Assembly: GCA_021825295.1 (NCBI GenBank)
Contig: JAKAHV010000002.1
Coordinates: 3,141-67,140 of the forward strand
DNA length: 64,000 bases
Source of the DNA: Nitrospirota bacterium
Lineage (GTDB): Bacteria; Nitrospirota; Thermodesulfovibrionia; Thermodesulfovibrionales; JdFR-88
Direction: 5' to 3'
Under the pieces are notes generated by a model. The model had not been told where the DNA came from, made no database searches, and saw only the letters and a program-made list of their open reading frames with translations. Below are positions 37,950 through 45,824 of the stretch, one piece after another. The translations under genes were made by a program, and so were the position numbers. How positions within the stretch are numbered: position 1 is the stretch's first letter; each line of letters opens with the position of its first letter.

Positions 37950-38090
37950 ATGATCAAGTTGGATTTTTGCAAAAAAAAAGTCAGCCTCAGAAATCTCGGG
38001 GAGAAAGAGAAGGGCCTGATTGCCGCGGTTTTTCTCCTTCCATCCCTGATCGCAACCGTTTTTTTTCTGCTGGCCCCGTTTCTCTCGTAA
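37950..38090 (+). pseudogene. 46-codon remnant resembling the N-terminus of a binding-protein-dependent (MalF/UgpA-type) ABC permease
   Basis: GGAGG SD 6 nt before ATG 37950. MIKLDFCKKKVSLRNLGEKEKGLIAAVFLLPSLIATVFFLLAPFLS, then TAA. The rest of a permease is absent. Confidence 0.3.
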
Positions 38091-38192
38091 CAATTAAAGA
38101 CCGGAACTCACCCGGGGGGTTAAAGGGTCCGCGCCTTTGCGGGACCCCTTGTCCCGGGCCGCCTGAAAAAAGCCGCTGAGGTCGTCAGGCGC

Positions 38193-38375
38193 TTATTTGG
38201 GGATGTATGCGTTCAGGCCTATGGTCAGGGGCTTGCCGTTGACGGTGCAGGATGTTTTCAGGTTTCCGCGCGTGCTCGCCACCACCAGGGTTTTGCCCGA
38301 TGCGCTCGGTGTGGGTTCCTCCAGATCGCATGTGATTATGAGCTTGTTGCCTTCGATTTTCGCTTCAATGGCCAT
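38193..38375 (-). CDS. small hypothetical protein (60 aa)
   Basis: AGAGGTGA SD before ATG 38375. MAIEAKIEGNKLIITCDLEEPTPSASGKTLVVASTRGNLKTSCTVNGKPLTIGLNAYIPK. It resembles a widespread small protein of unknown function, recalled from memory and not verified. Confidence 0.5.
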   Translation of the reverse strand: MAIEAKIEGNKLIITCDLEEPTPSASGKTLVVASTRGNLKTSCTVNGKPLTIGLNAYIPK

Positions 38376-38510
38376 TCTTATCACCTCTGTAATATGGATT
38401 GGGTTCTTATGTTTAAAGGTATGTTTTTTATTTGATAACATTATAAATCATTATGCATGATAAAGGGGTGCGGGCGTTTCAGGGGCACGCGGCACGGATT
38501 GCGCCGGAAT

Positions 38511-39539
38511 TTATCCAATCTTCAGCACCTTTGCCCCGCGGATGGCGCGCTTCTTGATATCGAGGAGCGCCCGGTTGGCGTCCTCAAGCGGATATTCCTG
38601 CACCTCGGGCCTGATGGGGATTTCGGCGGCGAGGGCCAAAAACTCCTCCACATCGCCCCTCGTGATGTTTGCGACGCTCTTAATCTCCTTTTCCATCCAG
38701 AGGTCCCTGGAATAATCCATCTCCAGGAGGCGCTCTTTATCCGCCCCCTCTTTCCTGATGGCGTTGATCACGAGCCGGCCTCCTCTTTCGATGCATCCAA
38801 GGGCGGCGACAACCGGCCGCCAGGCGGGGGTTGTATCTATAACCGAACGGAGCTTTGAGGGCGGCTCCTCCCCTGTATCCCCGGCCCAGAACGCGCCAAG
38901 CTCCTTTGCAAAAACCCTTTCGGCGGGCGTCCTGGAAAATACGAACACCTTCGAGTCCGGATATTTATGGCGGATCATGGAAAGCACAAGATGACCGGAC
39001 GCGCCAAACCCGGTAAGCCCGATGCTGTCGCCGCCGGCAATTGCCGCGAGTTTCAGCGAGCGGTATCCCACGGCGCCCGCGCACAGAAGCGGCGCGGCCT
39101 CCGAATCGGAGAAAAGACCCGGTATCCGGTAGGCAAAATCCTGCGGGACCGCGATATACTCGGCATATCCCCCGTTTGCGTCCCTGCCGGTTGCCCTGAA
39201 ATCATCGCAGAGGTTCTCCATTCCTTCCAGACAGAACCTGCACCGTCCGCAGGCCGAATATATCCATGCAATCCCTACGCGTTCGCCGATTGCAAACCGT
39301 GAGGCGTCTTTTCCCGCGCCTTCCACCCTGCCTATGACCTGGTGCCCGGGGATGACGGGCAGCCGTGGCGGGAGTGTCCTGCCCTCTATCTCGTCAAGCT
39401 CCGTGTGGCAGACCCCGCAGCGGGTGACCCTCACAAGTATCTCCCCCGGTCCTGGCGCGGGCTTTTCAACTTCGGCAAGCTCCAATGGGGAAGCGTTGCG
39501 AGTGAAATCGGAGATTTCCCTCAGGACCATCGCCTTCAT
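38511..39539 (-). CDS. zinc-dependent alcohol dehydrogenase family oxidoreductase
   Basis: GAAGGAGG SD before ATG 39539 (MKAMVLRE). GVCHTELDEIEG...PVIPGHQVIGRV. Structural-Zn cysteines CGRCRFCLEGMENLC. GFGASGHL Rossmann motif. The upstream 86 codons of the ORF-track entry cover REP-like repeats and are rejected. Confidence 0.85.
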   Translation of the reverse strand: MKAMVLREISDFTRNASPLELAEVEKPAPGPGEILVRVTRCGVCHTELDEIEGRTLPPRLPVIPGHQVIGRVEGAGKDASRFAIGERVGIAWIYSACGRCRFCLEGMENLCDDFRATGRDANGGYAEYIAVPQDFAYRIPGLFSDSEAAPLLCAGAVGYRSLKLAAIAGGDSIGLTGFGASGHLVLSMIRHKYPDSKVFVFSRTPAERVFAKELGAFWAGDTGEEPPSKLRSVIDTTPAWRPVVAALGCIERGGRLVINAIRKEGADKERLLEMDYSRDLWMEKEIKSVANITRGDVEEFLALAAEIPIRPEVQEYPLEDANRALLDIKKRAIRGAKVLKIG

Positions 39540-39665
39540 TTCGCTTAAAACCTCCTTCGCCAAGTCTTCGTCCGGGCACAAAAAGCCGCCGGACGCCTTA
39601 TAATAAAAGATGATACACCATTTCATTAAGATGGAAACCTGCGCGACTGAATCACCCCACAGCAA

Positions 39666-39755
39666 GGGGACTGGTCCCCAGGCTGCCCTCACCCCAACCC
39701 TCTCCCATTGGGAGAGGGAGGAGCAAAGGGACTGGTCCCGAAGCGGAGGGTGAGG
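39666..39755. repeat. composite nested palindromic (REP-like) element
   Basis: GGGGACTGGTCCCC (39666-39679). CCTCACCC (39688-39695) pairs with GGGTGAGG (39748-39755). CCCTCTCCC-att-GGGAGAGGG (39698-39718). GGGACTGGTCCC (39728-39739). Confidence 0.8.
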
Positions 39756-39812
39756 ATGACTCAGGGAGACACTGCAGCAAGCTACAGGGAATTGCAAGTT
39801 AAAAAATAAAAA

Positions 39813-42800
39813 ATGCCAATGAACATGATATGCAGCCTGGACTACCTGATAGGCACGCTTGCCACCGCCTACAAGGGCGTGATCACCACGCTTGTTGCGA
39901 AGGATTTCTGCATCTGCGAGACGGATGGGACATCAGTTTTCAAGGGCACGCTCATTTCAATGCCCGCCGGAAATTATTTCGCCTCGCTCATAAAAGGCGG
40001 TGAGGAGCTTGTCCGCGCGCCCATTAGCGAGCTGGGCGGCTTCGAACTGGAGGCCGAAAGCGCGCGGACGGAGAAGGCCCGCGACCTCCAGATCGATATC
40101 CTTCAAAACGGAAAGCACATAGGCACCTTCCTGCTCAAGAGGGACGAGGCGGGCGCTGCTTTCTACACACCGGCAGTAGAGCTTTCGGACGAGATAAAGG
40201 GGGTCGATTTCAGACTGCTCACCAGGCCGCTGGAAGGCAGTCCCGGGCTTCTCCGGAAGGCGGAGGACGTCGTCTACATGGCGCTCTCCGTGAAAAAGGA
40301 CTGGAAGAAATTCTCCGATGAGCTGCAGGGACTGGCGACCGATCTTTTCTGGCAGCGGAAGGAGGTCTTTTACAACTCGTTTGGCATCTTCGTCAAATTC
40401 TCCCTTCTCGCCGCTGAAAAGACCGGGGCGGAAAAAAACCTCTCGAATTTCCTGGATTTGATTGAGCAGCCGCTTTTAAGGGAGACCGATGCCGTCCGGC
40501 TAGGCGGGGCCGCCGGCCTGTGGCTGGATGCGTTAAAGGGTTCAAGCGCGGAGCTTTCCCGCCGTCTCTGCCAATCGGCAAGGGTCCTTTCCCTTATAAA
40601 CCGGAAATTCCCGGGGGCCGGCATCAGACCGGCGCTCCACGCCCTTTTTGACTCTCTTTCGGAGAGGATAAAAAAGGCGCCGGTGCTGGGCGATGAGACG
40701 ATTGACCAACTAAGGGGTTTCGTTTCGCCGGAGGAGTTTGGCGCGATGGAGATATACGGCGAGGGCGCAAAGAGGCGGCTTTTGGCGGGCCTGGAGAAGG
40801 CCGGAAGCCTGCTCGACGCCGCCGGGGAGAAGGCGGCGACGGCGTATACGGATTTCTTCCGTGAGATGGAAAGGCCGGAGCTTGCCCTTTTGGATGATTT
40901 TGAGCTGGTGGAGGGTTTTTTCGGCGCGGTCTCGAAACATTTCAGCGTGGAAAGCGCGCCCGCCTTCACCCGCGTCCTGTTCGAGGTCCTGTCGCTCCTG
41001 GGGGGCCTCTCGGGCCGGGCCGCCGGCGCGCTTGTCGCCGGAGTCGTGGGGTTCGCTGAGCGGCTGATGGCGGCGGAAAGGACCGATCTGTGCGCGGAGC
41101 TTCTCTCCATGTCCGCCGCGGAGGGCATAGGGCTTCAAAAGGAGGTGGTCCTCAACGCGGCGATGGCCTCTCGTATACTGGCTTCGGGCAATGAGGGGCT
41201 CATGGCCCTCTATAAAGATATTTTGAAGAGAATAGTGATCCCTCCGCCCGGTATCCGGGGATATTCGTCCGAGACGTGGGCGGAGAGCGCTGACCCGCTG
41301 CATCTCGAACTCATCTCGAAATTTCTGGAAGTGCTCGGCGCGGGCGGCGATTTGATGGACGACGTGAAGGCCCATGTGATATGCAATCTCTTTTTAAGCG
41401 GCGCTTTCATCCCGGACGACAGGCTCTTCCAGCGCAGGGTCTCCGCATATCTCAATTCGTCCGCCATGAGGGGTAATTTTCTCCTGAACTACATGCTTTT
41501 AAAGAAGCTCCCGGTTTATTTCAATGAGGTGGGGGCCACCAACAGGATAAGGGATTATACCACCCAGATAGACTCCTGGGGGAACGACCCAGTCCTCTAT
41601 TTCCTGAGAAAACAGGTCCACGTAAACGCAAGCAACTACAATGTACGCCTTGTCGAGGGCATTATCCGGGCCTGGGCGGCAAATGACCCCGCGCTCCTGG
41701 AGGCCCTTGTGCCCCCGGAGGTTTTCAGGAATTTCGACAGAGGTCTCCTCGATGGCTATCACCGCGTCATAAAACCCCTTTTCGCGGCGTTAAACGTCTT
41801 CGACGGGAAAGGGGACGTCCTCTTCGAGGAGAAACTCCTTGATGTCCCCGAAGACAGGCTGGAAGAGGAGGTTGAAAAGATACCCGCCGCCGGAGAGGTG
41901 CGCCGGAAAACGCTCTTTCTCTGCAGGATATATCAGGAGATAGTAAAAAAATACACCCTCCTTGGCGGCTCACGCCCGGGGGAGGGGGCCGGTCTTCGCG
42001 AATTGATTGACAGGCTGGACACGCTCGGCGTGAAGATACTCTCGCCGGAGAGGACGGAGCCCCGGGAGTCCTTCTATTTTAAAAGGCACATCGCCTTTGG
42101 CATCCCGTCGGTCCTTGGCACCTATCATGAGGAGAAATTCGACTCGTTCGCGGAATTTCTGAGGCTCGGGGAAAGGGCAAGGGTGGTGTTCGAGGAGATC
42201 ATCCACAGGATCGAAGCGGGCGGCGGAAGAGCCGATGAAAACACAGCCGGAGACATCCCGGGATGGCTGGAGACGCCGGGTCTGGCAAACCGGTTTCTGG
42301 CGGCGCACGGGCTCGGCAATTTCCAGGCGGAAGAATTCTCGGCGGTCCTTCAGTCCGGCGGGCTTGGGCTCGAACAGATCCTGGACGTCCTGCGCATGTG
42401 GCAGAAGGAGATAAAGTGGGCCGTGGAATCTTTTAACCGTCTCTTTTTCGCGCCGCTGGGCGATCTCCTGGGGGCGGTCCGGCCAGCTCCCCTCCCGGAT
42501 TACCTGATGAACCTGGACCCAAATGAGAAGGATTTTGCGGAGAAGGCCGCGGACATCGTGATCAGGAACATGATGACGAGCATACCGGGCTTTACGGAGG
42601 CCGACAGACTGATAAACGCCATGGCGGGCAGGATATCGTCTTTTATCGAGCGAAACAGGATCGAGGGGAAGGCCCGGGCCGGGGAAGCCGTTGCCATGGC
42701 GTCGCGCCTTGCGCCTGAGGAGCAGACGGCGGACTTCTTCATGATGGATGAGCTTTCGGACGCCCGGGCGATGAGGCTCGCCCCGCTGATCGGGGGAAAG

Positions 42801-44243
42801 GCAAAAAACCTGGTCTATCTTCACAACAGGGGATTTTTGGTGCCGCCGGGCGCGGTCTTTTCCTCCCGGCATACGTTTGCCTTCAGGCAGTACACGGAGA
42901 GCGCCGGTTTCAGGGCGGCCCTCGGAAAGGCGGCCGGGGAGATAGAGCAAAGGACCGGGCAGGTCTTTGGCGGCCGCGGCAATCCGCTTTTCCTCTCCGT
43001 AAGAAGCGGCTCCTATATATCAATGCCCGGGATACTGGTGTCGATCCTTTACTGCGGAATGAACGGCGATACGGTAAAGGGCCTCGCTGAAAACGCAAAA
43101 AATCCGCTTCTGGCATGGGATTCCTACAGGAGGTTTATTGAGCATTTCGGGACCGCCGTCTTCGGGCTCGGGCAAGAATACTTCGATGGCATTAAAAAAG
43201 GTTTTCTGGAGAAATACGGGGCGGACTCCCTGCGGCAGTTGGACGCACTCCGGATGGAGGAGCTGGCCGGCCTTTATCTCAATTCCCTTTCGGGCATTGG
43301 GCTGAAAATTCCAGATGACGTCCATGAACAGTTGAGGTTGTGCGTAAGGGCCGTTTACGCGTCATGGTTTGGCGGGAGGGCCGTGCAGTTTTCAAGGCTC
43401 ACCGGGATGTCGCAGGGATGGGGCACCTCTGTGGCCCTCATGCGGATGATATACGGCAACGCCCCCGGCGCGGGGGCTTCGGTTTTTTTTACCAGGAACC
43501 CGGCCACGATGAAGGAGGAGGTGTTTGGAGAGACCAAGGCGCATGCGACCGGCGACGAGCTGGTGGGCGGCGCCCGCGTGTCCATGCCGATTTCCAGGAG
43601 GGGCAAGATCGAAGGGCCCAGCCTGGAGGAGATCGACCCGGATCTCTTCCGGATGCACGGCGCGCTTGCCAGGCGCATTGAGGGCGCGATGGGGGGGCTT
43701 CCGCAGGAGGTGGAGGTCACGTACACGATGGAGGACGGGCAGAGGAAGATATATGTCCTTCAGACAAGGAGGATGGAGTTTGACGCCCGGTTCATTGAAC
43801 GGTTCGAGGAGATATGCAGGATGGAGTCCAGGGTGATAGGAAGGGGGATAGGGGTGCACGGCGGGGCCGTAAGCGGGGTCGCCTCCTTTTCCTATTCCGC
43901 CGATGCCATACGGGAGCTAAGGCGGAAGACCGGCCTGCCTGTGATACTTCTCCGGCAGACGGCAAGCACCGCCGATGTCTCTCTGATGAGCGAGGCCGGA
44001 GGGATAATCGCGGCCTCCGGGGGGGCGACCTCCCATGCCTCTGTCCTGGCGCAAAAATTCAACCTCGTTGCTATAGCGGGCTGCGAAGAGCTGCATTTCG
44101 GCCCCTGCCCGCAGGGGGCTGAAGGGTTTTGCGCGCGGATAGGAAACGCCGTCATCGAGGAGGGCCAGCCCATAAGCATGGACGGCCAGACCGGCCTCAT
44201 CTTCTCCGGCATATGCCTGAATACGGCAAAAAAGAGGTGGTAG
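39813..44243 (+). CDS. 1476-aa protein: unassigned ~950-aa N-terminal region + PPDK-type ATP-grasp and phosphohistidine (PEP-utilizer mobile) domains, no PEP/pyruvate TIM barrel
   Basis: C-terminal blocks: LIGGKAKNL, PLFLSVRSGSYISMPGILVSILYCGMN, NPLLAWDSYRRFIEHF, FFTRNPAT, IYVLQTRRM, GGATSHASVLAQ, ISMDGQTGLIF. The N-terminal 2.9 kb has coding-like codon usage but no motif I recognise. Confidence 0.85.
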   Translation: MPMNMICSLDYLIGTLATAYKGVITTLVAKDFCICETDGTSVFKGTLISMPAGNYFASLIKGGEELVRAPISELGGFELEAESARTEKARDLQIDILQNGKHIGTFLLKRDEAGAAFYTPAVELSDEIKGVDFRLLTRPLEGSPGLLRKAEDVVYMALSVKKDWKKFSDELQGLATDLFWQRKEVFYNSFGIFVKFSLLAAEKTGAEKNLSNFLDLIEQPLLRETDAVRLGGAAGLWLDALKGSSAELSRRLCQSARVLSLINRKFPGAGIRPALHALFDSLSERIKKAPVLGDETIDQLRGFVSPEEFGAMEIYGEGAKRRLLAGLEKAGSLLDAAGEKAATAYTDFFREMERPELALLDDFELVEGFFGAVSKHFSVESAPAFTRVLFEVLSLLGGLSGRAAGALVAGVVGFAERLMAAERTDLCAELLSMSAAEGIGLQKEVVLNAAMASRILASGNEGLMALYKDILKRIVIPPPGIRGYSSETWAESADPLHLELISKFLEVLGAGGDLMDDVKAHVICNLFLSGAFIPDDRLFQRRVSAYLNSSAMRGNFLLNYMLLKKLPVYFNEVGATNRIRDYTTQIDSWGNDPVLYFLRKQVHVNASNYNVRLVEGIIRAWAANDPALLEALVPPEVFRNFDRGLLDGYHRVIKPLFAALNVFDGKGDVLFEEKLLDVPEDRLEEEVEKIPAAGEVRRKTLFLCRIYQEIVKKYTLLGGSRPGEGAGLRELIDRLDTLGVKILSPERTEPRESFYFKRHIAFGIPSVLGTYHEEKFDSFAEFLRLGERARVVFEEIIHRIEAGGGRADENTAGDIPGWLETPGLANRFLAAHGLGNFQAEEFSAVLQSGGLGLEQILDVLRMWQKEIKWAVESFNRLFFAPLGDLLGAVRPAPLPDYLMNLDPNEKDFAEKAADIVIRNMMTSIPGFTEADRLINAMAGRISSFIERNRIEGKARAGEAVAMASRLAPEEQTADFFMMDELSDARAMRLAPLIGGKAKNLVYLHNRGFLVPPGAVFSSRHTFAFRQYTESAGFRAALGKAAGEIEQRTGQVFGGRGNPLFLSVRSGSYISMPGILVSILYCGMNGDTVKGLAENAKNPLLAWDSYRRFIEHFGTAVFGLGQEYFDGIKKGFLEKYGADSLRQLDALRMEELAGLYLNSLSGIGLKIPDDVHEQLRLCVRAVYASWFGGRAVQFSRLTGMSQGWGTSVALMRMIYGNAPGAGASVFFTRNPATMKEEVFGETKAHATGDELVGGARVSMPISRRGKIEGPSLEEIDPDLFRMHGALARRIEGAMGGLPQEVEVTYTMEDGQRKIYVLQTRRMEFDARFIERFEEICRMESRVIGRGIGVHGGAVSGVASFSYSADAIRELRRKTGLPVILLRQTASTADVSLMSEAGGIIAASGGATSHASVLAQKFNLVAIAGCEELHFGPCPQGAEGFCARIGNAVIEEGQPISMDGQTGLIFSGICLNTAKKRW

Positions 44244-44338
44244 ACCGGCCTGAAATCAGGCCCGCCCCGCAAATCTGACGCAGGCCCGCTCGCGATGGGG
44301 ATATTGGATTTTCATCCCGGGAGGCGTTAGAATGTACG

Positions 44339-44764
44339 ATGCCTGAGGACTTTTTACCGGACGAAATCCTTCATCCTGTCGGCGTCGTCCGCTCCGCGCT
44401 GAAATCCCGCTCCGAATGCCCGAAGCAGGGGCATGAAGGGGCCCCTGACGCGTGGATTGAGATTGCTCCGGCCTTTGTCCCCGCGCTTGACGGCCTGTCA
44501 GCCGGACAGGAGGTCCTGTTGCTTACGTGGTTTCATGAAGGGCGGCGCGATGTGCTGAAAGTCCACCCCCGGGACAACCTGGATAAGCCCCTTCGCGGAG
44601 TCTTTGCCACGAGGTCGCCGGACCGCCCAAACCCGATCGGCCTTCACCGGGTCGAGATACTTGAAATCGGGCAGGGCCGGATACATGTCCGTCCGCTCGA
44701 GGCCCTGGACGGCACTCCGGTCATCGACATAAAACCGCTTCTCTCCAGGTCCGGGGAAGGATAA
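44339..44764 (+). CDS. trmO: tRNA (t6A37) methyltransferase TrmO / TsaA (YaeB) family
   Basis: HPVGVVRSALKSRSECPKQG...VLLLTWFHEG...RGVFATRSPDRPNPIGLHRVEILEI...LDGTPVIDIKP. Confidence 0.85.
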   Translation: MPEDFLPDEILHPVGVVRSALKSRSECPKQGHEGAPDAWIEIAPAFVPALDGLSAGQEVLLLTWFHEGRRDVLKVHPRDNLDKPLRGVFATRSPDRPNPIGLHRVEILEIGQGRIHVRPLEALDGTPVIDIKPLLSRSGEG

Positions 44765-44858
44765 AGAAAAACCCACCGCAGGCGCACGGCCCCTGGGTCC
44801 TGTTCAGCTCTCTTTTCATGTGATAAGATTCACTGTATGGAAGGGGGCATGATGTGAA

Positions 44859-45449
44859 ATGCTGAAGAAAATCATCCTGCCGGTTTGCCTTGCACTGGTT
44901 TTCGTCTTCCCTTCATATGCGCCCGCCGCGGGACCGAATTATATAGTCGGCAAGTTGGGGGCGTATACCCCCGAATCCGGCGACCTTAACGGATTTTCAA
45001 GCGATTTCGCGGGGGAGGCCGCCTTCGGGCACTATTTTAACGACAACTTTGCCGCGGAGTTCGGGGTGGGCTATCTGCAGACATCCGCGACCTTTTACGA
45101 CCCGCGTTACGATATCTTCTATAACGAGGACATAGACGCCACTTTTCTTGAAGCGACGGCAAAGGCGGTCCTGCCGATTCCCTATTATTATCCGGGGGCT
45201 TATTCCAGGTCCTACATGGACCTTTACGCGGGCGTGGGCGCGGGCATCTATTTCGCAAATGACAGTATCGACGCCTTCGATTTTTCCCAGCATGAAACAG
45301 TGGGGGGCTTTCATATCCTGGGCGGGTTGGATTTCAACATTGAAAGGAACTTCTTTTTAGGTCTCGAAGCCAAGTATCTTTGGGCGAAGCCGTTTGATAC
45401 AAGCCTTGACGGTCTTATCTTCACGGGCAATTTCGGCTACAGGTTTTAG
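44859..45449 (+). CDS. small outer-membrane beta-barrel protein (OmpA-like/porin family barrel)
   Basis: Signal peptide ...SYAPAAG. Alternating aromatic strands. C-terminal TGNFGYRF. Confidence 0.75.
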   Translation: MLKKIILPVCLALVFVFPSYAPAAGPNYIVGKLGAYTPESGDLNGFSSDFAGEAAFGHYFNDNFAAEFGVGYLQTSATFYDPRYDIFYNEDIDATFLEATAKAVLPIPYYYPGAYSRSYMDLYAGVGAGIYFANDSIDAFDFSQHETVGGFHILGGLDFNIERNFFLGLEAKYLWAKPFDTSLDGLIFTGNFGYRF

Positions 45450-45567
45450 GACCTGTCTCAAGATTGCCGCTGCGCCGGACGATTTTTCCTGTATGATGCA
45501 GTATGCCTGCATGTCAGCCTCCAGCAGCGCTTTTCTTAACAAAATCTTTATGCCACCGGCCGCCTTT

Positions 45568-45584
45568 TTTGCACCTATTTTACC
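45568..45584 (+). promoter_or_regulatory. candidate KdpE (OmpR-family) direct-repeat box TTTGCA-N5-TTTACC
   Basis: Two T-rich hexamers with 11-bp periodicity, ~60 nt upstream of the first small ORF of the kdp operon. Compare the E. coli kdpFABC site TTTATA-N5-TTTACA. Confidence 0.3.
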
Positions 45585-45631
45585 TGTTTTCCTGCTAGGC
45601 TTTAGAAGAAAGGAGATATTCAATCCTTATT

Positions 45632-45712
45632 ATGGACGCGATATATGTGGCGCTTATTGCGGGTTTGTTCGGGCTGTCTTTTCTTCTGATAAAACTTTTC
45701 GAAAGACTCTGA
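45632..45712 (+). CDS. 26-aa hydrophobic peptide (KdpF-like?)
   Basis: MDAIYVALIAGLFGLSFLLIKLFERL. Not in the ORF track (too short). It sits 19 nt upstream of kdpF. The SD (AGGAG 45611-45615) is rather distant. Confidence 0.3.
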   Translation: MDAIYVALIAGLFGLSFLLIKLFERL

Positions 45713-45731
45713 GGTGATTGAAAGGGCTGAA

Positions 45732-45824
45732 ATGGAGTTTTTTTACTGGATAGGCGGCATCGTTACAGTGGTCCTGCTTGTTTACCTGATGATAGCGCTT
45801 TTAAAGCCGGAGATATTCTCATGA
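45732..45824 (+). CDS. kdpF: potassium-transporting ATPase subunit F
   Basis: [30 protein letters not shown]. Single TM with the ...YL.IALL.PE.F ending typical of KdpF. Its stop overlaps the kdpA ATG (ATGA). Not in the ORF track. Confidence 0.7.
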   Translation: MEFFYWIGGIVTVVLLVYLMIALLKPEIFS

